A DNA stretch of 64,000 bases from a bacterium (GCA_021814695.1 JAKAHY010000002.1:8920-72919), one strand, 5' to 3'. Counted from the first letter of the stretch, positions 28,898 to 37,491 are shown. Notes: generated by a model not told the origin, from the sequence alone. Numbers and translations: made by a program.

Positions 28898-29116
28898 ATG
28901 AACAGCACGAATAAGCGGAGGGGTTGGATCGGCGTGATCGGGGCGGCGGGGTTGGCGGTTCTGTTATACGCCAACACTCTCAATGTTGTGGCTCATATGG
29001 CCAGCGGCCGCGGCTCGTTGGGTTTGGGCATCCCGCTCGCCCTCATATTCGGTGGCGGGACCTACTTCTTCGGGGACATCGCGCTCAAGAAGGCGAGGTA
29101 TCTCGCCAGCCACTAG
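28898..29116 (+). CDS. Small (72 aa) two-TM membrane protein encoded with GC-rich codons
   Basis: ATG with SD AAAGGAG; promoter TTGACT-17-TAATAT at 28847-28875; terminator hairpin at about 29135-29165; about 62% GC. Confidence 0.5.
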   Translation: MNSTNKRRGWIGVIGAAGLAVLLYANTLNVVAHMASGRGSLGLGIPLALIFGGGTYFFGDIALKKARYLASH

Positions 29117-29233
29117 CAGTTCTTTGTTTCGTTCGACGTGAACGGTTCTACGGAGCCGTTCCTTTTTTTATCCCACACCTTTTATTTGCAAATAAAAGAT
29201 GCGGGATTTTATAAACCCTGGTAATATGAGGCA

Positions 29234-30157
29234 ATGCTTTTTTCGCGAATAACAAAAAAAGATATTTTGATATTTATCGTCGTTTTCCTGGTTTTGGGCG
29301 CTATTTTTGTTTTACATAAGCCCACATCGTTTATCGGAGATAATTATGCCGTTGTGGAAAATTCGAGCATCCCCAAACTTCAGGTGGCTACCTCATTTCC
29401 ATTGGCGGCTGATTGGATAAATTCCGTCGGCAAAGACCGGGTTCAGGTACAGGTTTTTGCATCACCCACGGATGATGGGCTGATTCAGTGGCTAAAAAAG
29501 CCCTCTTCGGATGCTCCACAGGAGACCAAAGTTTTTGTTTCTATGGGAAATAATTTTGACCAATGGGCCCAAGAACTGTCCGGGGGAGATCCCAAAATAA
29601 AAATTGATGTTATGATTTTGAGTAATTTTGCGTCTCCGGTTAAAACATATCCTACTTTATCGGGTTCTTCTAAGAACGCTGAAAATTCCTCACCTTACTA
29701 TTGGCTTTCACTTGAGAATGTCCGGGAGTCAGTTCAGGGCATTGCCCGGGAATTTGGAAAAGTTGATGCTGCCGATAGGGAATATTTTATAAACAATGCA
29801 TATGAATATTCTGTCAGACTCGATTCGCTGCTGCACGAAACTGTGGATGTTTTGGGAAGTATCAGAAATACCGCAGTGGCACTTGATGGCGCCAGATGGG
29901 CTCCTTTTGTAGACAGTTTGCAGTTGCGGGTTGTCGGGTTGTTTGATTCAAACTCCACAGAAGACATCAAGGCTATTCTTAAAAAAAATAAAATCACCAC
30001 AGTTGTGACCGATAGCGATTCGAACGGCCGATTTTTGGAACCGGCATTATCCGGGACGACCGTATCGGTTGCTGTCATAGATCCCTGGGGACTTAATAGC
30101 AATAACTACGTGGATTTTATGCGCTCTAATATTTCGGAACTGATGAAAGCGCTTTAG
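29234..30157 (+). CDS. TroA/ZnuA-like periplasmic solute-binding protein, divergent. The metal-ligand His residues found in the znuA at 43054 appear to be replaced
   Basis: VATSFPLAADWINSVGKD..VQVFASPTDD and SPYYWLSLENV align to the ZnuA IATTIFPV...VVPPGASPH and DPHYWLALNN. Confidence 0.45.
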   Translation: MLFSRITKKDILIFIVVFLVLGAIFVLHKPTSFIGDNYAVVENSSIPKLQVATSFPLAADWINSVGKDRVQVQVFASPTDDGLIQWLKKPSSDAPQETKVFVSMGNNFDQWAQELSGGDPKIKIDVMILSNFASPVKTYPTLSGSSKNAENSSPYYWLSLENVRESVQGIAREFGKVDAADREYFINNAYEYSVRLDSLLHETVDVLGSIRNTAVALDGARWAPFVDSLQLRVVGLFDSNSTEDIKAILKKNKITTVVTDSDSNGRFLEPALSGTTVSVAVIDPWGLNSNNYVDFMRSNISELMKAL

Positions 30158-30227
30158 TTTTTATAAAAAAGTTTATTAACATGATGGACTTTTTTTAAAA
30201 ATCACGATAACATAAACTCACAAATTT

Positions 30228-30299
30228 GCGGGTATCGTATAGCGGCTATTATACTTCCTTGCCAAGGAAGAGATACGGGTCCGACTCCCGTTACCCGCT
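30228..30299 (+). tRNA. tRNA-Gly(GCC)
   Basis: Cloverleaf: acceptor GCGGGTA/TACCCGC, anticodon loop TTGCCAA, discriminator T, CCA not encoded. The T-loop TCCGACT is unusual because position 55 is C. Confidence 0.7.
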
Positions 30300-30340
30300 C
30301 AAAAACAAAAATTACCCAAACGGGTAATTTTTGTTTTGGG

Positions 30341-30466
30341 TGTTGACGGGGTAGGATGCGGGGTGGTCGAGGGGCTGCAAGCCCCTCGTGTTGGAAATTA
30401 TTCAAAACCGAGGGTTTTGAAGGAGCGAATATAATGAGCGACGTCCGATTTCCCGTTACCCGCTCA
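30341..30466 (+). repeat. tRNA-trailer mini-element copy E1 (ends with a duplicate of the tRNA-Gly(GCC) 3' end)
   Basis: Contains hairpin CGAGGGGC-tgcaa-GCCCCTCG, then tgttggaaatt, then aaaccgagggtttt, ending in tcccgttacccgctca. Confidence 0.6.
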
Positions 30467-30502
30467 AAAACAAAAAGCACCACAAGGGTGTTTTTTGTTT
30501 TC

Positions 30503-30650
30503 TGTCCGCCCGGAAGGGAGTCTCACGTCGCTCCGACATTGCGTCGGAGCTCCCAAGACACCCTCGGTTTCTTGACGCTCCTCCGGAGCTTTTTCCTACA
30601 CGGGAGATTAAGCATCTCCCGACCCCTCTCTATTCAATTCCTTGTTGACG
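30503..30650 (-). repeat. tRNA-trailer mini-element copy E2 (minus orientation; ends with a tRNA-Lys 3' end duplicate)
   Basis: Minus strand: aattgaatagagaggggtcgg, hairpin GGAGATGCTTAATCTCC, cgtgtaggaaaaag, cgtcaagaaaccgagggtgtcttggg, then gtgagactCCCTTCCGGGCGGACA. Confidence 0.6.
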
Positions 30651-30689
30651 AACAAAACAAAAAATATTCACAAAGGATATTTCTTATTT

Positions 30690-30826
30690 TGTCCGCCCGG
30701 AAGGGAATCTCACGTCGCTCCGACCTTGCGTCGGAGCTCCTTAAAACCATTCGGTTTTAATATTTCCTCCACGGAAAACCTTCGGTTTCCCGACCCCATC
30801 CGATTTGATTCCTTTACTGACGAATA
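30690..30826 (-). repeat. tRNA-trailer mini-element copy E3 (minus orientation; ends with a tRNA-Lys 3' end duplicate)
   Basis: Minus strand: ggaatcaaatcggatggggtcgg, hairpin GGAAACCgaaGGTTTTCC, gtggaggaaatat, hairpin TAAAACCgaatGGTTTTA, then gtgagattCCCTTCCGGGCGGACA. Confidence 0.6.
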
Positions 30827-30865
30827 TAAAACAAAAAGCACCACAAGGGTGTTTTTTGTTTTCTG

Positions 30866-30938
30866 TCCGCCCGGAAGGGATCGAACCTTCGACCGTCTCC
30901 TTAAGAGGGAGCTGCTCTACCAGCTGAGCTACGGGCGG
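30866..30938 (-). tRNA. tRNA-Lys(CTT)
   Basis: Minus strand: CCGCCCGTAGCTCAGCTGGTAGAGC...CTCTTAA...GGTTCGATCCCTTCCGGGCGGA; anticodon CTT. Confidence 0.85.
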
Positions 30939-30978
30939 TACGAAACCATTCTGCCATCAAAAAAATAATTTTGCAATC

Positions 30979-31920
30979 TTATGGCTGAAAAATCGGTTGG
31001 GTTTGTCCATCAATTGAAAGCGTTATGGATTTTATTGTTGGAAATTGAAGGAGTGTTTGTTTTATTTGTGCCACACGCATTGCCATGGAACATGAACCGC
31101 CCCCAGATTCTGTTAGCGAATTAAAATCGGCATGCGCATTGTCGTTGCTGTCTATGGAAAGAGAATTTAAATCAGAACCTGGTGGCAAGGAGCTTGTATA
31201 TCCGGAATCACTTTCGTCTTGAGTTGGCCCGGCAAAAAGCAATTCCAGTGCTGCCGTCGCTATTTTGGGAGTGGTTATTATCTGTCTTTCTACGGGAACA
31301 ACTTCTTTGCAGGTTTTTTCCGGCTTTATTTTATTGTTGGCAAAATAAACCTTGATTGAAACGAATTCCGGCATGGACGATTTGGAAGAGCTTACTTGTA
31401 AAGATTGGATAATTTTTAATGATTCATCAACCGGTTTCTTCAGATGAGCAATGACAAAACCGGGTGTTTGGGCAAAAATTATCCATTCGTCGGTAATATT
31501 TGAATAAGTAGCAACATCATTCGTCTTATAAGAAAAATTATTTAAAGAAGGTAAACAATCCGGACATTGTGACTTATATTGATTTTCCCAAAAATCTTTT
31601 GCCGAAGGGAAACCGGCAGCACCGTTATAGAAAAAAGAAACCGTATTTATCTGATTATTTGAAAGATTTTCTATGGTAACAAGCGATGGCAATGTAACTT
31701 TTGACTTAAGAGAAAATTTATCTTTGGGGTATGAAAATTGGTAAGCGATATTTTGAAAATCGCCTTCATATCCGACAACGTAAGAGTTTGAGAAGGTTGC
31801 CAGTTCCGGAGAAGGAGATGGGGCATTAACGGTTGAAATGGGATTATTTTTTATGAATCCAAAATAAGCGGCTATTGTCGCCAATAAAAATAATAAAATA
31901 AAAATAATTGTTTTCTTCAT
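30979..31920 (-). CDS. Secreted GerMN-domain protein (lipoprotein-like)
   Basis: Signal peptide; the C-terminal region VYFANNK...VPVERQI...AALELLFAGPT resembles a GerMN domain. Confidence 0.45.
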   Translation of the reverse strand: MKKTIIFILLFLLATIAAYFGFIKNNPISTVNAPSPSPELATFSNSYVVGYEGDFQNIAYQFSYPKDKFSLKSKVTLPSLVTIENLSNNQINTVSFFYNGAAGFPSAKDFWENQYKSQCPDCLPSLNNFSYKTNDVATYSNITDEWIIFAQTPGFVIAHLKKPVDESLKIIQSLQVSSSKSSMPEFVSIKVYFANNKIKPEKTCKEVVPVERQIITTPKIATAALELLFAGPTQDESDSGYTSSLPPGSDLNSLSIDSNDNAHADFNSLTESGGGSCSMAMRVAQIKQTLLQFPTIKSITLSIDGQTQPIFQP

Positions 31921-31925
31921 TGTTG

Positions 31926-31997
31926 TGCCCCCGCCAGGATTTGAACCCGGAATTCATGGTTCGAAGCCATGCGTGATATCCATTTCACTACAGGGGC
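31926..31997 (-). tRNA. tRNA-Arg(TCG)
   Basis: Minus strand: GCCCCTGTAGTGAAATGGATATCACG CATGG CTTCGAA CCATG ... TTCAAAT ... CGGGGGCA. Confidence 0.85.
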
Positions 31998-32149
31998 AAA
32001 TTTCGGCGGGCAGGGAAGCCAGATATTCTACCTGCCCCGTTAAAATTGCTATGCAATTTTTTCGGGGTCCGTTGAAATAAGGGGGCTTATTTTTTTCAGT
32101 AATTTTACTATGCCAGTATGGTATGATTTAATCAATACCTCTTATTAAT

Positions 32150-33643
32150 ATGGATACTAACCTGAAAATTCCCAAAGAAATTTTAGAAATAGTAGGAACG
32201 CTCGGAAAAGCGGGTTTTGAGGCATATCCGGTAGGAGGATGTGTTAGGGATTTACTTATTAAAAAAGAACCTAAAGATTGGGATGTTGCCACCAATGCCA
32301 GACCAGAGGAAATCCAAAAAATATTTCCGGATAGTGTTTATGAGAATAATTTTGGCACTGTTGGAATCAAAACCAGATCCGATGAATCATCCTTAAAAAT
32401 CGTTGAGGTTACTACATTCAGAATTGAAGGGGGGTATAGCGATAGCCGTCACCCGGATTTGGTTAAATTTGCGGACAATTTACAAGACGACCTTTCCAGG
32501 CGTGACTTTACAATAAATGCGCTTGCATTGGAAATTCAAAATGAAAATATCAGAAATAAAAATAGTAATCAAAAATTCAAAATTATTGATCCGTATGAAG
32601 GGGGGACGGATATAAAGAATAAAATCATTAAAGCCGTAGGAGACCCGAATAAAAGGTTTGGAGAGGATGCTTTAAGAATGCTTAGAGCTGTCAGACTTGC
32701 TTGTCAGCTTGAGTTTGATATAGAGAAAAAAACGGAAGAAGAGATAAGGGAAAATGCTCACCTACTCAAAAAAATATCTAAAGAAAGAATAAGGGATGAA
32801 TTTTCTAAAATCATAATGACCGATTATGCCGAGCGGGGAGTTCGAATGCTCCAAAATCTTGGATTGATGAAATTTATTATCCCCGAGTTAATTGAGGGCG
32901 TCGGCGTTGCACAAAATAAACACCATATTTATACGGTTTGGGAACATAACGTTTTGGCATTGGGATACTCTGTTGCCAAGAGATATTCGTTTGAAGTCAG
33001 ATTGGCATCTCTTTTGCACGATGTCGGCAAACCGAGAACAAAACAAGGAGAGGGGCCCGATTCCACTTTTTATCAGCATGAATATGTCGGGGCCAAGATG
33101 ACAAGAAAAATTTTGGAAGATCTTAAATTTCCAAAACACATTGTTGATTATGTAACTCATCTGGTTAAATCACATCTTTTTTATTACAATGTCGGCGAAG
33201 TAACCGAGGCCGGAGTCAGAAGATTTTTGGCCAGAGTTGGACCGGAAAATGTTGACGACCTTATAAAGGTCAGAGAGGCGGACAGAATCGGTTCGGGCGT
33301 CCCCAAAGCATTCCCTTATAAATTGAGACATCTCCTTTTTATGATAGACAAGGTTAGACGGGACCCGATTTCTCCAAAAATGCTTAAAATAAACGGCAAT
33401 GATTTGATGAAAATCCTATCAATCGATCCCGGACCAAAAATCGGCCACATTCTCAATGCTCTTTTGGAAGAAGTTATTGAAGACCCGGAAAAAAACTCAA
33501 AAAAATATCTGGAAAAAAGAGCCGGAGAGTTAAATCGGCTTTCTGTTAAAGAACTTGAAAATTTGAGAAAAAGAGCAGAGAATGCCAAAGAAGAATTTGA
33601 GACGGGTATTGAAAAGGAAATGAAGCGCAGACATCACGTTTAA
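32150..33643 (+). CDS. cca: CCA-adding tRNA nucleotidyltransferase with HD domain
   Basis: GGCVRDLLL nucleotidyltransferase head and LLHDVGK HD domain. Consistent with the tRNA genes here lacking an encoded CCA. Confidence 0.85.
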   Translation: MDTNLKIPKEILEIVGTLGKAGFEAYPVGGCVRDLLIKKEPKDWDVATNARPEEIQKIFPDSVYENNFGTVGIKTRSDESSLKIVEVTTFRIEGGYSDSRHPDLVKFADNLQDDLSRRDFTINALALEIQNENIRNKNSNQKFKIIDPYEGGTDIKNKIIKAVGDPNKRFGEDALRMLRAVRLACQLEFDIEKKTEEEIRENAHLLKKISKERIRDEFSKIIMTDYAERGVRMLQNLGLMKFIIPELIEGVGVAQNKHHIYTVWEHNVLALGYSVAKRYSFEVRLASLLHDVGKPRTKQGEGPDSTFYQHEYVGAKMTRKILEDLKFPKHIVDYVTHLVKSHLFYYNVGEVTEAGVRRFLARVGPENVDDLIKVREADRIGSGVPKAFPYKLRHLLFMIDKVRRDPISPKMLKINGNDLMKILSIDPGPKIGHILNALLEEVIEDPEKNSKKYLEKRAGELNRLSVKELENLRKRAENAKEEFETGIEKEMKRRHHV

Positions 33644-33677
33644 ATCTTTTTATTAAATTAAATACAAAATATAGATT

Positions 33678-33956
33678 ATGAAATATGCCAGGCATTTTAT
33701 AGTTACATTGTTGATTTTTTTGGCTCTTTTGGTTGCCGGAATTTTTCTGACCAACCAACCGTCAGTTAGTTATTCCATGTCGCCTGTTTATTCAAAACCG
33801 GTAACAATTGATGTTTGTAATCAAAATATTACAAGGAGCTGGACTGGGGCTTATGAATCGCAAGGATGCGCTACCACGGTTGGTCACGATTGGAACTATT
33901 ATTATCAAAGCACCGTAAACAACGGTTCCGGAACTTATGTTCCGTATATGAATTAA
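33678..33956 (+). CDS. Hypothetical small secreted protein
   Basis: 92 aa with an N-terminal TM/signal segment. Confidence 0.3.
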   Translation: MKYARHFIVTLLIFLALLVAGIFLTNQPSVSYSMSPVYSKPVTIDVCNQNITRSWTGAYESQGCATTVGHDWNYYYQSTVNNGSGTYVPYMN

Positions 33957-34022
33957 TGACCGCTCCGGCGGTCTTCTTTTTTTGATCTTTAAATTTTAAA
34001 CTTTCCGCCCTATACTTTATCT

Positions 34023-34340
34023 ATGTTTGATTTTCTTAACTTTCACATTGCTCAACAATGGAGTGAATTTAACTTCATAACTGCAATGCTGGTGTTTGTC
34101 GTCTATATTTTTATTGACGCGCTTTATTCGGGCTATACTTTGAGTGTTGCCGGACACAAACCTTACGCCGCTGCTACTATGGGCTCTTTAATTTATTTTT
34201 TTACCGCGCTCGGAGTAATAAGTTACACACAAAATTATTTGTATATTATTCCCATAGCTGCTGGTTCATGGGTCGGTACGTTTGCGGTAGTATACAACGC
34301 CAGAAAGCATTCAATCAAAAAGAATATAACTGAAAAATAA
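34023..34340 (+). CDS. Hypothetical membrane protein
   Basis: 105 aa with 3 predicted TM segments. Confidence 0.3.
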   Translation: MFDFLNFHIAQQWSEFNFITAMLVFVVYIFIDALYSGYTLSVAGHKPYAAATMGSLIYFFTALGVISYTQNYLYIIPIAAGSWVGTFAVVYNARKHSIKKNITEK

Positions 34341-34341
34341 C

Positions 34342-35154
34342 ATGCTGGGATTTTTTGATTCGGGACTTGGGGGACTGGCGGTTTTAAAAGAGGTTGAAAA
34401 AGCAATGCCGCAGTATTCGTATATTTATCTTGGAGATAATGCCAGGACTCCTTATGGTTCACATAGCCACGACACGATTTATAAATTTACCAGGCAAGGG
34501 GTGGCTTATTTATTTAAAAAAGGGGCCGAAGTCGTGATATTGGCGTGTAACACGGCATCCTCATCGGCGCTGAGAAGAATCCAGCAGGAATTTTTGCCGA
34601 AATATTATCCCAAAAATAAAGTATTGGGAATTATTATACCGACAGCAGAAGAGGTAATATCCAAAACCAAAACCGGAGAAATCGGAATTTTGGCGACCGA
34701 AGCAACAGTCCACTCCTTTGCTTATCCGAAAGAAATAACCAAGATGGACGAATCTTTAAGAGTTCATCAGCAAGCCGGAACTTTGTTGGTCCCTATAATT
34801 GAGGCGGGAGAATTGGATTGGGACGGACTTGATTCGATTATAAAAAAATACCTAAACGAATTATTTGAAAGAAGTAAAAAAATAGATACTTTAGTTTTGG
34901 CTTGCACTCACTACGCTTTAATTGAAGATAAAATAAGAAAGCATACGCCATCCAAAGTCCAAATTATATCCCAAGGCCAAATTGTTGCACAAAAATTGAA
35001 AGAATATCTTGAAAGGCATCCGGAAATTGAATCCCGATTAAAAAAAAGTAACAGGAGAGATTTTTATTCTACCGAAGATTCCTGGAGAGTAAGAAATCTT
35101 TTTAAGCTTTTTTACGGCAGGCCGGTTGAGATAAAAAAGATTTCTCTTGAGTGA
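34342..35154 (+). CDS. murI: Glutamate racemase
   Basis: FFDSGLGGL, ILACNTAS and ACTHY motifs. Confidence 0.9.
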   Translation: MLGFFDSGLGGLAVLKEVEKAMPQYSYIYLGDNARTPYGSHSHDTIYKFTRQGVAYLFKKGAEVVILACNTASSSALRRIQQEFLPKYYPKNKVLGIIIPTAEEVISKTKTGEIGILATEATVHSFAYPKEITKMDESLRVHQQAGTLLVPIIEAGELDWDGLDSIIKKYLNELFERSKKIDTLVLACTHYALIEDKIRKHTPSKVQIISQGQIVAQKLKEYLERHPEIESRLKKSNRRDFYSTEDSWRVRNLFKLFYGRPVEIKKISLE

Positions 35155-35438
35155 TTTGATATTTGACGAAGTCAATATATTCTGTTTTTATATTCTTTCG
35201 GACTGGTAATGTGGACAGTTTTCTGAAACAATAAATATGACACTGTGTGGGTGTCGAGCGTTCACGTTCTTTGTTTTAATTATCTATCGGTCTTGAGCCG
35301 AAGAGTTTTTTACACGCATTTATTTGTTTATTTGAATTAAAATTGGAAATTGGTATTTTTTCTTGTATTTCACCCGTGGTGAGGCATAGTATGTCGGTAG
35401 TACGTGCATTCGTTACGTTAGATAAATATCGGGCTGTA

Positions 35439-35509
35439 GTATACCGGTAGTACGTGCGCTTCGGGTGCGTAAAGACCGGGTTCGATTCCCGGCAGCCCGA
35501 CTAAAATAG
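35439..35509 (+). tRNA. tRNA-Pro(CGG)
   Basis: CGGGCTG acceptor, anticodon loop TTCGGGT (G37), T-arm CCGGGTTCGATTCCCGG. Preceded by a TTGTAT-17-TAGTAT promoter. Confidence 0.85.
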
Positions 35510-35544
35510 AAATCCCATTCGGGATTTTTATTTTTGCTTGGACT

Positions 35545-35681
35545 CCGGAAATTGAATCAGAAGGGGTCGGGGAACCTGTGGTTCCCCGTGTAGGAAAAAG
35601 TCCGCCCTGGGCGGACGTCAAGAAACCGAGGGTGTTTTGGGAGGAGTGAAACGACGACGTGAGATTCCCGGCAGCCCGACG
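35545..35681 (+). repeat. tRNA-trailer mini-element copy E4 (ends with a tRNA-Pro 3' end duplicate; followed by a second terminator and a 5' fragment of another copy at 35730-35748)
   Basis: ggaaattgaatcagaaggggtcgg, hairpin GGAACCtgtGGTTCC, cgtgtaggaaaaag, hairpin GTCCGCCctgGGCGGAC, cgtcaagaaaccgagggtgttttggg, ending gtgagATTCCCGGCAGCCCGAC. Confidence 0.6.
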
Positions 35682-35772
35682 AAAATAAAATTCCCCTTTA
35701 GGGGAGTTTTATTTATGTTTGGGTTTCAGGGGAATTGAATCGGAAGAAAAATGTTCTTAAATTTGATATACT

Positions 35773-36822
35773 TTGTTTATGTCTTCGAATAAATCTCAAT
35801 CTATTCTGATAGTTCTTTTGCTGGTTTTTTTGCTGGCTATTTCTTTTTTTGTTATTGAACCATATTTAACCTCTATAATATTGGCAACGGTTTTTGCCAT
35901 TGTTTTTTGGCCGGTTTACAGACGGCTTTCTGGAATTATCAAGCTCGGGGGATTTGATGCGTTGATAATGGTCTTTCTTGTACTTGTCGTTTTTTTAATA
36001 CCTCTTACTTTTGTCGGTTCGAGGGTTTTAAGTGAAGCTTACAGCGCCTATAATTCAATTTTTAATGCAAACGGAAATGCTCAAATAACCTCCACTATCA
36101 GCTGGCTAAATCAAAAGATAAATGAATCAGCCCCGACTTTTATCGGTCCAATTGATTTGACTGGATATGCCAAGTCAATATTGGAATGGTTTTTGGGAAA
36201 TCTTGGCACAATCTTTACTGGAGTTGCCAGGGGATTATTTACTTTTGTTCTAAGCTTGTTTATGCTCTTTTATTTTTTCAGGGATGGAAACAAAATAAAA
36301 AAATTTCTTATTGAACATAGTCCGCTGAACGAACCTTACAATACCCGGCTTATAGAAAAAATACGGGAAGCAATTAATTCGGTAGTGAGAGGATCGCTTA
36401 TTGTGGCTTTGCTTCAAAGTATCGTGAGCGGAATCGGATTTTATATATTTGGAGTTCCCAATCCGTCTTTATGGGGAGGTCTGACTTTTGTTGCCGCTTT
36501 CGTTCCAACACTCGGGACTTCTTTAGTAATCGTTCCGGTGATTGTTTATATGTTTTTTGCATCAAACACTCTGATGGCCTTAGGTCTTGCCGTCTGGGGA
36601 ATACTTGCCGTTGGTTTGATAGATAATACTTTAGGGCCGATACTTGTCGGAAGGGGAATGAAAATCCATCCCTTGGTTGTCTTTATTGGAGTTTTGGGAG
36701 GAGTCAGTTTGTTTGGGCCGATAGGTTTTATTGTGGGACCGATAGTTTTTGCTCTTCTATACGCAGTATCGGATATTTATTTTGAATTTATAAAAAAAGA
36801 CAATCAATCCTCCGAAACTTGA
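35773..36822 (+). CDS. AI-2E family transporter (UPF0118, PerM-like)
   Basis: 349 aa with about 8 TM segments; LFMLFYFFRDG-type motif. Confidence 0.65.
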   Translation: MFMSSNKSQSILIVLLLVFLLAISFFVIEPYLTSIILATVFAIVFWPVYRRLSGIIKLGGFDALIMVFLVLVVFLIPLTFVGSRVLSEAYSAYNSIFNANGNAQITSTISWLNQKINESAPTFIGPIDLTGYAKSILEWFLGNLGTIFTGVARGLFTFVLSLFMLFYFFRDGNKIKKFLIEHSPLNEPYNTRLIEKIREAINSVVRGSLIVALLQSIVSGIGFYIFGVPNPSLWGGLTFVAAFVPTLGTSLVIVPVIVYMFFASNTLMALGLAVWGILAVGLIDNTLGPILVGRGMKIHPLVVFIGVLGGVSLFGPIGFIVGPIVFALLYAVSDIYFEFIKKDNQSSET

Positions 36823-36855
36823 TTTTGCCCTTAAATTCAATAGAATTGAAACGTT

Positions 36856-37200
36856 ATGATAAATTATGAAACTTTTAAACAAGTTGAGTTAAAAGTCGCT
36901 AAAGTTTTAGAGGCCGAAAGAGTTGAGGGTTCCGAGAAGCTTTTAAAACTCAGGGTGTCTTTGGGAGCGGAGGAAGAAGCGGACCTGCCTGCCGGCAGGC
37001 AGGTTATTGCCGGTGTCGGAATCAAGTATCAGCCGGAAAATTTGGTCGGCAAAAACATTATTATTGTCGCCAACTTGGAACCGAGAAAGCTTATGGGATT
37101 GGAAAGCCAGGGGATGCTTTTGGCGGCAAGCAACGAAAATGAAGGGCCGATATTGTTGACGACAATGGAAGATATTTTGCCCGGTTCAAATATAAATTGA
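36856..37200 (+). CDS. tRNA-binding protein (CsaA/Trbp111-like EMAP domain)
   Basis: VAKVLEAERVEGSEKLLKLRV...VANLEPRKLMGLESQGMLLAA. Confidence 0.8.
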   Translation: MINYETFKQVELKVAKVLEAERVEGSEKLLKLRVSLGAEEEADLPAGRQVIAGVGIKYQPENLVGKNIIIVANLEPRKLMGLESQGMLLAASNENEGPILLTTMEDILPGSNIN

Positions 37201-37281
37201 TCCAGAAATTACTAAATTCCGATTATAAAAATTTTGGTATTTGAATATTGAAGTTTGGAATTTGCCACATTTGTGGCTTTT

Positions 37282-37355
37282 GGGCCTGTAGTAAAACGGT
37301 ATTACGCAGCATTCGCATTGCTGAAGTAGGGGTTCAATTCCCCTCAGGTCCACCA
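37282..37355 (+). tRNA. tRNA-Ala(CGC), with CCA encoded
   Basis: G3:U70 identity pair, anticodon loop TTCGCAT, ends ACCA. Confidence 0.85.
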
Positions 37356-37462
37356 AAATTATAGTGACATTGCATGAGTGTGGGTTCGGTTCTCGCTGGA
37401 TCTACCAAAAACAAATCCCCCCTTAGTTATCTAGTTGACTTTCGGATAACTTTTGATTACTA

Positions 37463-37482
37463 TATCAATATAAATTGATATA
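37463..37482. promoter_or_regulatory. Candidate ArsR/SmtB operator (perfect inverted repeat ATATCAAT-ataa-ATTGATAT) overlapping the promoter of the arsR-like gene
   Basis: Palindrome 10 nt upstream of the ATG; a TTGATT -35 box lies just upstream. Confidence 0.4.
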
Positions 37483-37491
37483 GTTTATCAT

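Noticed and set aside
30202-30968. ORFs of 93, 134 and 108 aa across the tRNA-Gly / tRNA-Lys repeat region
   Set aside because: They overlap tRNA genes and repeat hairpins and have repetitive low-complexity translations. They are not coding
35418-35621. 67 aa minus-strand ORF
   Set aside because: It overlaps tRNA-Pro and the mini-element
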